This document shows positions 56,827 through 64,000 of a DNA stretch of 64,000 nucleotides, one piece after another. Each line of letters starts with the position of its first letter. Within the stretch, counting starts at the first letter, position 1. Origin of the DNA: an uncultured Lachnospiraceae bacterium. Lineage in GTDB: Bacteria > Bacillota > Clostridia > Lachnospirales > Lachnospiraceae. Position numbers and translations under genes: made by a program. The notes under the pieces were generated by a model. The model was not told the DNA's origin. It ran no database searches and saw only the letters and a list, made by a program, of their open reading frames with translations. The DNA lies in assembly GCA_964537765.1 (NCBI GenBank), contig CAZICB010000001.1:107078-171077 (forward strand), given 5' to 3'.

Positions 56827-59466
56827 GTGAAGAAGTATGGTGTAAATGAATTGAGAAGAATGTTCCTGGAGTTCTTTGAGAGCAAGGGACATTTGGCGAT
56901 GAAGAGTTTCTCGCTGGTTCCACACAATGACAACAGCCTGTTGCTGATCAATTCGGGTATGGCTCCGCTAAAGCCTTATTTTACAGGACAGGAGATTCCG
57001 CCCAGAAGACGTGTGACCACCTGCCAGAAATGTATCCGTACCGGAGACATTGAGAATATCGGAAAGACCGCTCGCCATGGCACCTTCTTTGAGATGCTTG
57101 GCAACTTCTCATTTGGCGATTATTTCAAGACCGAAGCCATCCACTGGTCCTGGGAGTTTCTGACTGAGGTGGTCGGACTGGACCCGGACCGCCTGTATCC
57201 GTCCGTGTATCTGGATGATGATGAGGCGTATGATATTTGGAATAAGCAGATCGGCGTCCCGGCGGAGAAGATTTTCCGCTTTGGAAAAGAGGACAACTTC
57301 TGGGAGCACGGCGCGGGTCCCTGCGGCCCCTGTTCCGAGATTTACTATGACCGGGGCGAGAAGTATGGCTGCGGCAAGCCGGGCTGTACCGTAGGCTGTG
57401 ATTGCGACCGCTATATTGAGGTCTGGAATAACGTATTTACCCAGTTTGATAATGACGGACATGGAAACTACACTGAGCTGGCACAGAAAAACATCGATAC
57501 CGGCATGGGCCTGGAGCGTCTGGCTGTGGTGGTTCAGGATGTGGATTCCCTGTTTACCGTGGATACCAATAAAGCGCTTCTGGATGAGGTCTGCGCCATG
57601 GCGCACACCCAGTACCTGGCGGACGCGAAAAAGGATGTATCCCTGCGGATTATTGCGGACCATGTGAAGTCCTGTACTTTTATGATTTCGGACGGCATTA
57701 TGCCGTCAAACGAGGGACGCGGTTATGTGCTGCGCCGCCTGCTGCGCCGTGCGGCCCGCCACGGAAGAATCCTTGGCATTGAGGGACGGTTTATGGCGGA
57801 GCTTTCTAAGACCGTGATTGCCCTTTCCAGGGACGGCTATCCGGAGCTGGAGGAGAAGAAGCCGATGATCCTCAAGGTTCTGGCTGAGGAGGAAGAAAAG
57901 TTCAACAAGACCATCGACCAGGGCCTGGCAATCCTTGCGGATATGGAAGCAGATATGGCAGCCAGGGGGGAGAAGGTCCTTTCCGGGGCCAATGCCTTTA
58001 AGCTGTACGATACCTACGGCTTCCCGCTGGATCTGACCATCGAGATCTTGGAGGAGAAGAACCTCTCCGTGGACGAGGAGGGCTTCCAGGCAGCCATGAA
58101 GGAGCAGCGGGAGAAGGCACGGAAAGCGCGCAAAACCACCAACTACATGGGCGCTGACGTGACCGTATATCAGTCGATTCCGGCGGAAATTACCTCCGCA
58201 TTTGTGGGCTATGACCGCCTGGTACATGATTCCAGGATTTCCGTGCTGACCACGGAGACGGAGCTGGTGGAGGCTCTGACCGACGGCCAGACCGGTACTA
58301 TTATTGTGGACGAAACTCCGTTCTACGGAACCATGGGCGGCCAGACCGGCGATACCGGTGTGATCGAGAGCGCCCACGGCACCTTTGAGGTGCAGGATAC
58401 CATCCATCTGCAGGGCAGCAAGATCGGCCATGTGGGACGGATGACCTCCGGTATGTTTACGGTGGGCGATGTGGTGACCTTGAAGGTAAATCCGGAGAGC
58501 CGCCAGTCTACCGAGAAGAATCACAGTGCCACCCATCTGCTGCAGAAAGCGCTGCGCACCGTGCTGGGCGAGCATGTAGAGCAGGCCGGTTCCCTGGTTA
58601 CTCCGGACCGTCTGCGTTTTGACTTCACCCATTTCTCTGCCATGACCGCCGAGGAATTGAAAAAGGTGGAGGACCTGGTAAACAAAGAGATCCGGGAGAA
58701 CCTGGATGTGACCACGCAGGAGATGAGCCTTGATGAAGCGAAAAAGACCGGTGCTATGGCACTGTTTGGCGAAAAGTATGGCGAGAAGGTACGTGTCGTT
58801 AAGATGGGCGACTTCTCTACGGAGCTTTGCGGCGGCACTCATGTGGGGAACACTGGTGTTATTCACGCATTCAAAATTGTTTCAGAGGCTGGTATCGCAG
58901 CAGGCGTCCGCCGAATCGAAGCATTGACCGGCGATGGCCTGATGAACCATTACCAGAAGGAGGAGGATCAGCTCCATGAGGCGGCGAAGGCAGCGAAGAC
59001 CTCCCCGGCAGAGCTGAAAGCCAAAATCGAATCCATGATGGAGGAGTTAAAAGCGCTCCATGCGGAAAATGACAAGTTAAAGAGCAAGCTGGCTCATGAG
59101 TCCCTGGGGGATGTGATGAACCAGGTGCGGGAAATCAACGGCGTGAAGGTGCTGGCTGCCAAAGTAGGCGACGTGGATATGAACGGTCTGAGAGGCTTAG
59201 GCGACCAGTTAAAGGACAAGCTTGGCGAGGGCGTGATCGTGCTTGCCTCCGTGCAGGAGGGGAAGGTCAGCCTGATGGCGACAGCTACCAGCGAAGCTTT
59301 GAAGAAGGGCGCCCATGCGGGCAACCTGATCAAGGCCATCGCGGCGCTGGTTGGCGGCGGCGGCGGCGGACGCCCGAACATGGCACAGGCCGGCGGCAAG
59401 AACCCGGCCGGCGTGGATGCAGCCCTGGAAAAGGTATACGAGGCGGCCGAGGAGCAGATTCACTGA
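56827..59466 (+). CDS. alaS: alanine--tRNA ligase
   Basis: INSGMAPLKPYF, RHGTFFEMLGNFSFGDYFK, HSATHLL, ELCGGTH and GGGGGRP motifs. Confidence 0.98.
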   Translation: MKKYGVNELRRMFLEFFESKGHLAMKSFSLVPHNDNSLLLINSGMAPLKPYFTGQEIPPRRRVTTCQKCIRTGDIENIGKTARHGTFFEMLGNFSFGDYFKTEAIHWSWEFLTEVVGLDPDRLYPSVYLDDDEAYDIWNKQIGVPAEKIFRFGKEDNFWEHGAGPCGPCSEIYYDRGEKYGCGKPGCTVGCDCDRYIEVWNNVFTQFDNDGHGNYTELAQKNIDTGMGLERLAVVVQDVDSLFTVDTNKALLDEVCAMAHTQYLADAKKDVSLRIIADHVKSCTFMISDGIMPSNEGRGYVLRRLLRRAARHGRILGIEGRFMAELSKTVIALSRDGYPELEEKKPMILKVLAEEEEKFNKTIDQGLAILADMEADMAARGEKVLSGANAFKLYDTYGFPLDLTIEILEEKNLSVDEEGFQAAMKEQREKARKARKTTNYMGADVTVYQSIPAEITSAFVGYDRLVHDSRISVLTTETELVEALTDGQTGTIIVDETPFYGTMGGQTGDTGVIESAHGTFEVQDTIHLQGSKIGHVGRMTSGMFTVGDVVTLKVNPESRQSTEKNHSATHLLQKALRTVLGEHVEQAGSLVTPDRLRFDFTHFSAMTAEELKKVEDLVNKEIRENLDVTTQEMSLDEAKKTGAMALFGEKYGEKVRVVKMGDFSTELCGGTHVGNTGVIHAFKIVSEAGIAAGVRRIEALTGDGLMNHYQKEEDQLHEAAKAAKTSPAELKAKIESMMEELKALHAENDKLKSKLAHESLGDVMNQVREINGVKVLAAKVGDVDMNGLRGLGDQLKDKLGEGVIVLASVQEGKVSLMATATSEALKKGAHAGNLIKAIAALVGGGGGGRPNMAQAGGKNPAGVDAALEKVYEAAEEQIH

Positions 59467-59534
59467 GATGCCTGGATGGGTACGAAACCTGACAAAAAAT
59501 CTACAAAAAATTTGCCAGCTTTTTCAAAAAATAG

Positions 59535-59562
59535 TTGACGAATGAAGAATTTATGATATAAT
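59535..59562 (+). promoter_or_regulatory. sigma-A promoter of rpsU
   Basis: TTGACG, 16 bp, TGaTATAAT. Confidence 0.7.
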
Positions 59563-59638
59563 CATGTCAGTGCTAGAAAATACCCAAACAGTTGTATTAT
59601 GCACAAGTACACAACTGGAGGGAGGTTAGGTGTGAGCT

Positions 59639-59815
59639 ATGTCAAACGTAATCGTTAAAGAAAACGAGAGCCTGGACAGCGCTTTACGCAGATTCAAAAG
59701 AAACTGCGCAAAGGCAGGTATTCAGCAGGAGATTCGTAAAAGAGAGCATTACGAGAAGCCGAGCGTAAGACGTAAGAAAAAGTCTGAAGCGGCTAGAAAA
59801 CGTAAATTTAACTAA
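59639..59815 (+). CDS. rpsU: 30S ribosomal protein S21 (58 aa, not in ORF track)
   Basis: Manual translation [58 protein letters not shown]. Confidence 0.97.
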   Translation: MSNVIVKENESLDSALRRFKRNCAKAGIQQEIRKREHYEKPSVRRKKKSEAARKRKFN

Positions 59816-59825
59816 GTATTAGGAG

Positions 59826-59854
59826 ATCCCCAGTCATAGGACTGGGGATTTTTT
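59826..59854 (+). terminator. intrinsic terminator after rpsU
   Basis: atccccagtc/gactggggat stem plus T tract. Confidence 0.8.
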
Positions 59855-59862
59855 CGTACAAT
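59834..59862 (+). promoter_or_regulatory. candidate sigma-E promoter of yqfC-yqfD
   Basis: TCATAGG, 14 bp, CGTACAAT (one mismatch to CATACAAT). Confidence 0.5.
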
Positions 59863-59890
59863 AGAAAAAAGAAATGCGGAGCGTGGTAGA

Positions 59891-60160
59891 TTGTTTGACC
59901 ATATGCGTATGGCGGCCTCCGAGGAGTGGAAGCTTCCGGGGGATGTGGTGGCAGGGGATGTGCTGGTCAGCTTTGTGGGCCGCCGCAGCGTGACCATTGA
60001 AAATTACCGGGGAATCCTGATTTATGACGAATCCCGGATCAAGCTGCAGGCAAAGCAGTGTAAGGTGACGGTGCTTGGAAAAAGGCTTCATATTGATTAT
60101 TATGACCATGACGAAATGAAAATTTCCGGCTGGATCACTTCGCTGGAATTTGGAGAATAG
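59891..60160 (+). CDS. yqfC: YabP/YqfC family sporulation protein
   Basis: LPGDVV..IENYRGILIY..I.G.I..LEF; upstream of yqfD. Confidence 0.85.
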   Translation: MFDHMRMAASEEWKLPGDVVAGDVLVSFVGRRSVTIENYRGILIYDESRIKLQAKQCKVTVLGKRLHIDYYDHDEMKISGWITSLEFGE

Positions 60161-60210
60161 AAGGGTGGAGCAATAGAGGGGTGAAGCAATAGAGGGATGG
60201 AGCGTTTGCC

Positions 60211-61431
60211 ATGAAGGAAAGAATCCGTGTCTACATCAAAGGACGCCTGCGCCTGCGCATAACAGGATCCGCGCCGGAACGTTTTTTTAATCTGTGCCGG
60301 ACAAACCGGATTCCTCTTTGGGGACTTTGCTGCCAGGAGTCCGGCTATGAATGCTATATGCATTTGAAGGATTTGTACCGGATCCGTCCCTATGCCAGGA
60401 AAGCCCAGGTCCGGGTGCGGATCATCGGAAGGGGCGGGCTTCCTTTCTTTTTACAGCGCAACCGCAGGCGCAAATGGTATGCGGCCGGGGTCCTGTCCTT
60501 TTTTGCGGTGCTCTCGGTCATGTCCCAATTTATCTGGGCCGTTTCCGTGGAGGGCAATCATTCCATTTCCGATGACATGCTGATCCATTATCTGGATGAG
60601 GAGGATATTCACTACGGCATATGGAAGGGAGGGCTGGACTGCGACCGGTTGGAGGAACAGCTTCGAAGCCATTTCGACGAGATTATCTGGGTTTCCGCCC
60701 GGATCTTGGGCACCCAGCTTATGATCCGGGTTAAGGAAAATGACGGGGTTGTGGAAACCAAGCAGGAGGAGGAGCTTCCCCGGGATCTGGTGTCGGACGT
60801 GGCAGGCACCATCACCGGGCTGATTGTCCGCCAGGGAAAGCCTCAGGTGCAGATCGGCGCCCAGGTGGAGCCGGGGCAGGTTTTAGTCAGCGGCTTGATC
60901 CCGATTCTTAACGACGCCGGAGAGACGGTGAAGGAGAATCTGGTCTTTGCCGACGCGGATATTTACGCCCGGACCGGAGAAAGCTACGCGGAGCCTGTGG
61001 CCAAAACCCGGAAGGTCCGTATTTACAGCGGCAGGAGCCGCCGGGGCCTGCGTCTGCGTGCCGGAGGGCTGGATTTTCTCTGGATGCCTCCCGGCAAGGA
61101 GGAAGAGCTTTGGCAGATAACGGTGCAGGAGCATCAGCTTTGCCTGCTTGAGGATTTCTATCTGCCTGTCTGGTACGGCGTGATCCAGGCCAAGGAATAC
61201 GGAATTTATGAGCAATTTCTGACAAAGAACCAGTTGGAAGCCCAAAAAGAGCGAATTCATCAGCAAAAGCTGCAAAATTTTACTATAAAAGGGGTACAAA
61301 TAATCGAAAATAATGTTAAAATACAAGATAAAGGCTCCTTCTATGAGATGCAGGGGCAATTGGTGCTGAACCGGAAGATCGGGATCGGACAAAATATCAG
61401 CGAAACAAGAGGAGAAGAGACAGCAGAATGA
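60211..61431 (+). CDS. yqfD: sporulation protein YqfD
   Basis: PERFFNLC, GLPF, IWAVSVEGN, WVSARILGT and GQVLVSG motifs. Confidence 0.88.
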   Translation: MKERIRVYIKGRLRLRITGSAPERFFNLCRTNRIPLWGLCCQESGYECYMHLKDLYRIRPYARKAQVRVRIIGRGGLPFFLQRNRRRKWYAAGVLSFFAVLSVMSQFIWAVSVEGNHSISDDMLIHYLDEEDIHYGIWKGGLDCDRLEEQLRSHFDEIIWVSARILGTQLMIRVKENDGVVETKQEEELPRDLVSDVAGTITGLIVRQGKPQVQIGAQVEPGQVLVSGLIPILNDAGETVKENLVFADADIYARTGESYAEPVAKTRKVRIYSGRSRRGLRLRAGGLDFLWMPPGKEEELWQITVQEHQLCLLEDFYLPVWYGVIQAKEYGIYEQFLTKNQLEAQKERIHQQKLQNFTIKGVQIIENNVKIQDKGSFYEMQGQLVLNRKIGIGQNISETRGEETAE

Positions 61432-62429
61432 GTGTAATGGAAACCAGCATTGATATCCCCATGGAGCACGAGAAAAATATCTGCGGGCAGTTTGACGGAT
61501 ATTTAAAGAAGATTGAGCGAACTCTCCATGTGACCATTGTCGCCCGGGACGGTACGATCAAGCTCATCGGCCCGGAGCAGATGGTGAAAAAGGCAAAGAA
61601 CGTTATCAATACGCTGACGGAGCTTTCCAAACGGGGAAATGTGATTACCGAGCAGAACGTGGATTATGCGCTGTCATTATCCTTTACGGAATCGGACCAT
61701 GAAATCCTGGAGATTGACAAGGACATCATCTGTCGGACAGTCAATGGAAAACCGGTGAAGCCAAAGACCCTAGGGCAGAAGCATTATGTGGATACGATCC
61801 GCAAAAAGATGATCGTGTTCGGCATCGGACCTGCCGGTACAGGAAAGACCTACCTGGCCATGGCCATGGCGATCCAGGCATTTAAAAGCGGCGAAGTGAG
61901 CCGGATTATCCTGACCCGGCCGGCCATCGAGGCCGGGGAGAAGCTGGGCTTTCTGCCGGGAGATCTGCAGAGCAAGATCGATCCCTATCTGCGGCCCTTG
62001 TATGACGCCCTGTATCAGATTATGGGGGCGGAAAGCTTTCTGCACAATTCCGAGAAGGGGTTGATCGAGGTGGCGCCTCTCGCCTACATGCGCGGGCGGA
62101 CTCTGGATAATGCCTACATCATTCTGGATGAGGCGCAGAATACCACCCCCGCCCAGATGAAAATGTTTTTGACCCGTATCGGCTTTGGCTCCAAGGTGAT
62201 TATCACCGGCGATCAGACTCAGAGGGATCTGCCAAGCGGAGCCGCCTCGGGGCTGGATACGGCGATCAAGGTCCTGCATAAAATCAGCGACATCGGTTTT
62301 TGCACTCTGACCAGTGAGGATGTGGTACGTCATCCTTTGGTTCAGAAAATTGTACAGGCATACGACGATTACGAGAAGAAAGGAAAGCCGTCAGACCGGG
62401 CGAAACGGTTCCGGGAGCGGGAGAGGTAG
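61428..62429 (+). CDS. phoH: PhoH family ATPase
   Basis: GPAGTGKTYLA, LGFLPGDL, YMRGRTL, DEAQN and VVRHPLV motifs. Confidence 0.95.
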   Translation: MSVMETSIDIPMEHEKNICGQFDGYLKKIERTLHVTIVARDGTIKLIGPEQMVKKAKNVINTLTELSKRGNVITEQNVDYALSLSFTESDHEILEIDKDIICRTVNGKPVKPKTLGQKHYVDTIRKKMIVFGIGPAGTGKTYLAMAMAIQAFKSGEVSRIILTRPAIEAGEKLGFLPGDLQSKIDPYLRPLYDALYQIMGAESFLHNSEKGLIEVAPLAYMRGRTLDNAYIILDEAQNTTPAQMKMFLTRIGFGSKVIITGDQTQRDLPSGAASGLDTAIKVLHKISDIGFCTLTSEDVVRHPLVQKIVQAYDDYEKKGKPSDRAKRFRERER

Positions 62430-62433
62430 GACG

Positions 62434-62931
62434 ATGACGATCCAGATTGAGTATGAGACAGAGATCCAGATGGGGATTGACTATGAGAAAATAATCCATG
62501 ACATTGTCCCGGAGGCGCTGCACTACGAGCAGTGCCCCTATGAGGCGGAGGTCAATGTGATTCTGACGGACAATGCTTCCATCCAGGAGATCAACCGGGA
62601 TTACCGCCAGATTGACGCGCCCACGGATGTGCTGTCCTTCCCCATGGTTGATTACGAGAAGGAAGCGGATTTCAGTCACGTGGAGGACCATGTGGAGGAT
62701 TATTTCAATCCGGAGACCGGTGAGCTGATCCTGGGGGATATTATCATATCCGTCGAGAAGGTCATGGAGCAGGCGGAAAAGTACGGCCACTCCAGGGAAC
62801 GGGAGCTGGCGTTTCTCATTGCCCACAGCATGCTGCATTTGTGCGGTTATGACCACATGGAGGAAGGCGAGCGGGAAATGATGGAGCAAAGACAGCGGGA
62901 CATTTTAGAGAGGAAGGGCTACCACAGATGA
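62434..62931 (+). CDS. ybeY: rRNA maturation endoribonuclease YbeY
   Basis: PTDVLSFP, LGDIIIS and HSMLHLCGYDH motifs; start at ATG 62434. Confidence 0.95.
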   Translation: MTIQIEYETEIQMGIDYEKIIHDIVPEALHYEQCPYEAEVNVILTDNASIQEINRDYRQIDAPTDVLSFPMVDYEKEADFSHVEDHVEDYFNPETGELILGDIIISVEKVMEQAEKYGHSRERELAFLIAHSMLHLCGYDHMEEGEREMMEQRQRDILERKGYHR

Positions 62932-64000
62932 AAAAACAAATGTTCCTGGGGCTTTGTCTTTTGCTGGCTCTGGCAGGAAGCGGGTGCGCGAAGCAGGCAT
63001 CCTCCAAGGAGTACATTACTGTGCCGGAGACCACGTCCACGCCGGAGACAGAGCCGATCCAGATCGAGACGGAGGCTGAGACGGAAAGCGAGCCGGAGAC
63101 CGAAATCTACCCGGAGGAACGGGTGGAGGTGGACGGCATGATCCGCAGCTACTTAACCGGGGAGATGGTTCCGGTCAGCCAGGGAAACCGCAGGCCCCTG
63201 GCCATCATGATGAGCAATGACAAGGAGGCCCAGCCCCAGTACGGCATTAACCGAGCGGGGGTGGTCTACGAGGCTCCGGTGGAGGGAACCATGAACCGTT
63301 ATATGGCGATCCTGGAGGATTATGACGACTTAGACCGCATCGGCTCTGTGCGCAGCTGCCGCACCTACTATACCTACTTTGCCAGGGAGTTTGACGCCAT
63401 CTACGCCCATTTCGGACAGAGCACCTTTGCAAAGCCTTACCTGAAAAATGTGGACAATATCAATGGCATCGAGGGCTTAGGAGGCAGCGCCTTCTACCGC
63501 TCCACCGACCGGAAAGCCCCGCACAATGCCTACGCCAGCTTTGAGAAGCTGCAAAAGGCCATGGACGCCCTGGGCTATTCCCAGGAATATGACCCGGAGT
63601 ATGAGGGGCATTACCAGTTTGCGAGAGCCGGGGAGCCGGTGGTTCTGGAGGGGGAGGGTTCCTTCGAGGCAAAGAAGGTGACGCCGGGGTATCCCTACAA
63701 CCAGCCCTGGTTTGAATATCATGAGGACGACGGGCTGTATTATCGCTATCAGTACGGCGGCGTACATAAAGGGAACGAGGGTCCCATTGCGGTGAAGAAT
63801 ATTATCATCCAGTATTGTCCCGCAGGCTATTACGCGACCACCGCGTACCGGAATATCAATGTCCATGAAGCATCCTGGGGCTATTATATTACCAGCGGCA
63901 GAGCGGTGGGTGTTTCCTGGGAAAAGGACGGGGAATTTGGCGTGACCCATTATTATGGCCCCGGCGGCGAGGAGATCGTGCTGAATCCAGGCAAGACCTG
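62928..64000 (+). CDS. DUF3048 (YerB-like) lipoprotein, 3' truncated by window edge (not in ORF track)
   Basis: Signal/lipobox MKKQMFLGLCLLLALAGSGC; YLTGE..RPLAIMMSN..AQPQYGI..VYEAPVEG..IGSVRSCR; ATGA overlap with ybeY. Confidence 0.85.
   Translation, partial: MKKQMFLGLCLLLALAGSGCAKQASSKEYITVPETTSTPETEPIQIETEAETESEPETEIYPEERVEVDGMIRSYLTGEMVPVSQGNRRPLAIMMSNDKEAQPQYGINRAGVVYEAPVEGTMNRYMAILEDYDDLDRIGSVRSCRTYYTYFAREFDAIYAHFGQSTFAKPYLKNVDNINGIEGLGGSAFYRSTDRKAPHNAYASFEKLQKAMDALGYSQEYDPEYEGHYQFARAGEPVVLEGEGSFEAKKVTPGYPYNQPWFEYHEDDGLYYRYQYGGVHKGNEGPIAVKNIIIQYCPAGYYATTAYRNINVHEASWGYYITSGRAVGVSWEKDGEFGVTHYYGPGGEEIVLNPGKT

Noticed and set aside
57706-58866. Long antisense ORFs (386 aa here; also 14475-15389, 16025-16804, 24733-25791, 45531-46403 and others)
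   Set aside because: They shadow well-conserved + strand genes, show no recognisable motifs, and are expected from codon bias in GC-rich genes

Overview
A 64-kb chromosomal window from a spore-forming Clostridia, probably Lachnospiraceae-like (inferred from spoIVA, yqfC/yqfD, prp-processed L27 and gene order). Nearly all genes are on the + strand. The backbone is housekeeping: a TIGR03960/TIGR03936 radical SAM pair with rng; rplU-prp-rpmA-obgE-yhbY-nadD-yqeK-rsfS; glpK-plsX-acpP-rnc-smc-ftsY; ylxM-ffh-rpsP-khpA-rimM-trmD-rplS-lepB-rbgA-rnhB-yraN-pgeF; prs; DUF512-der-plsY; spoIVA; alaS; rpsU-yqfCD-phoH-ybeY. Several accessory blocks interrupt it. (1) An AT-richer GntR/TRAP/carboxylesterase/Zn-dehydrogenase cassette with three copies of a candidate operator. 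(2) An approximately 10.7-kb ilvA/ClC/deaminase/ABC/PfkB/M20 block between ftsY and ylxM. (3) A liv operon where gpsA usually sits. (4) A beta-CASP nuclease-rnhA pair. I found no CRISPR array, prophage, transposase, integrase, rRNA or tRNA. The most unusual signals are non-coding: several families of short palindromic elements (some with compensatory changes and GAA triloops, some broken in half) at the edges of the accessory blocks; a TTGACA inverted repeat on the ylxM promoter; a 27-nt intergenic near-copy of ilvA inside the liv operon; two minisatellites. Two small genes (rpsU and a 48-aa membrane peptide) and a partial DUF3048 gene are missing from the ORF track. All calls come from reading the sequence; no searches were run.
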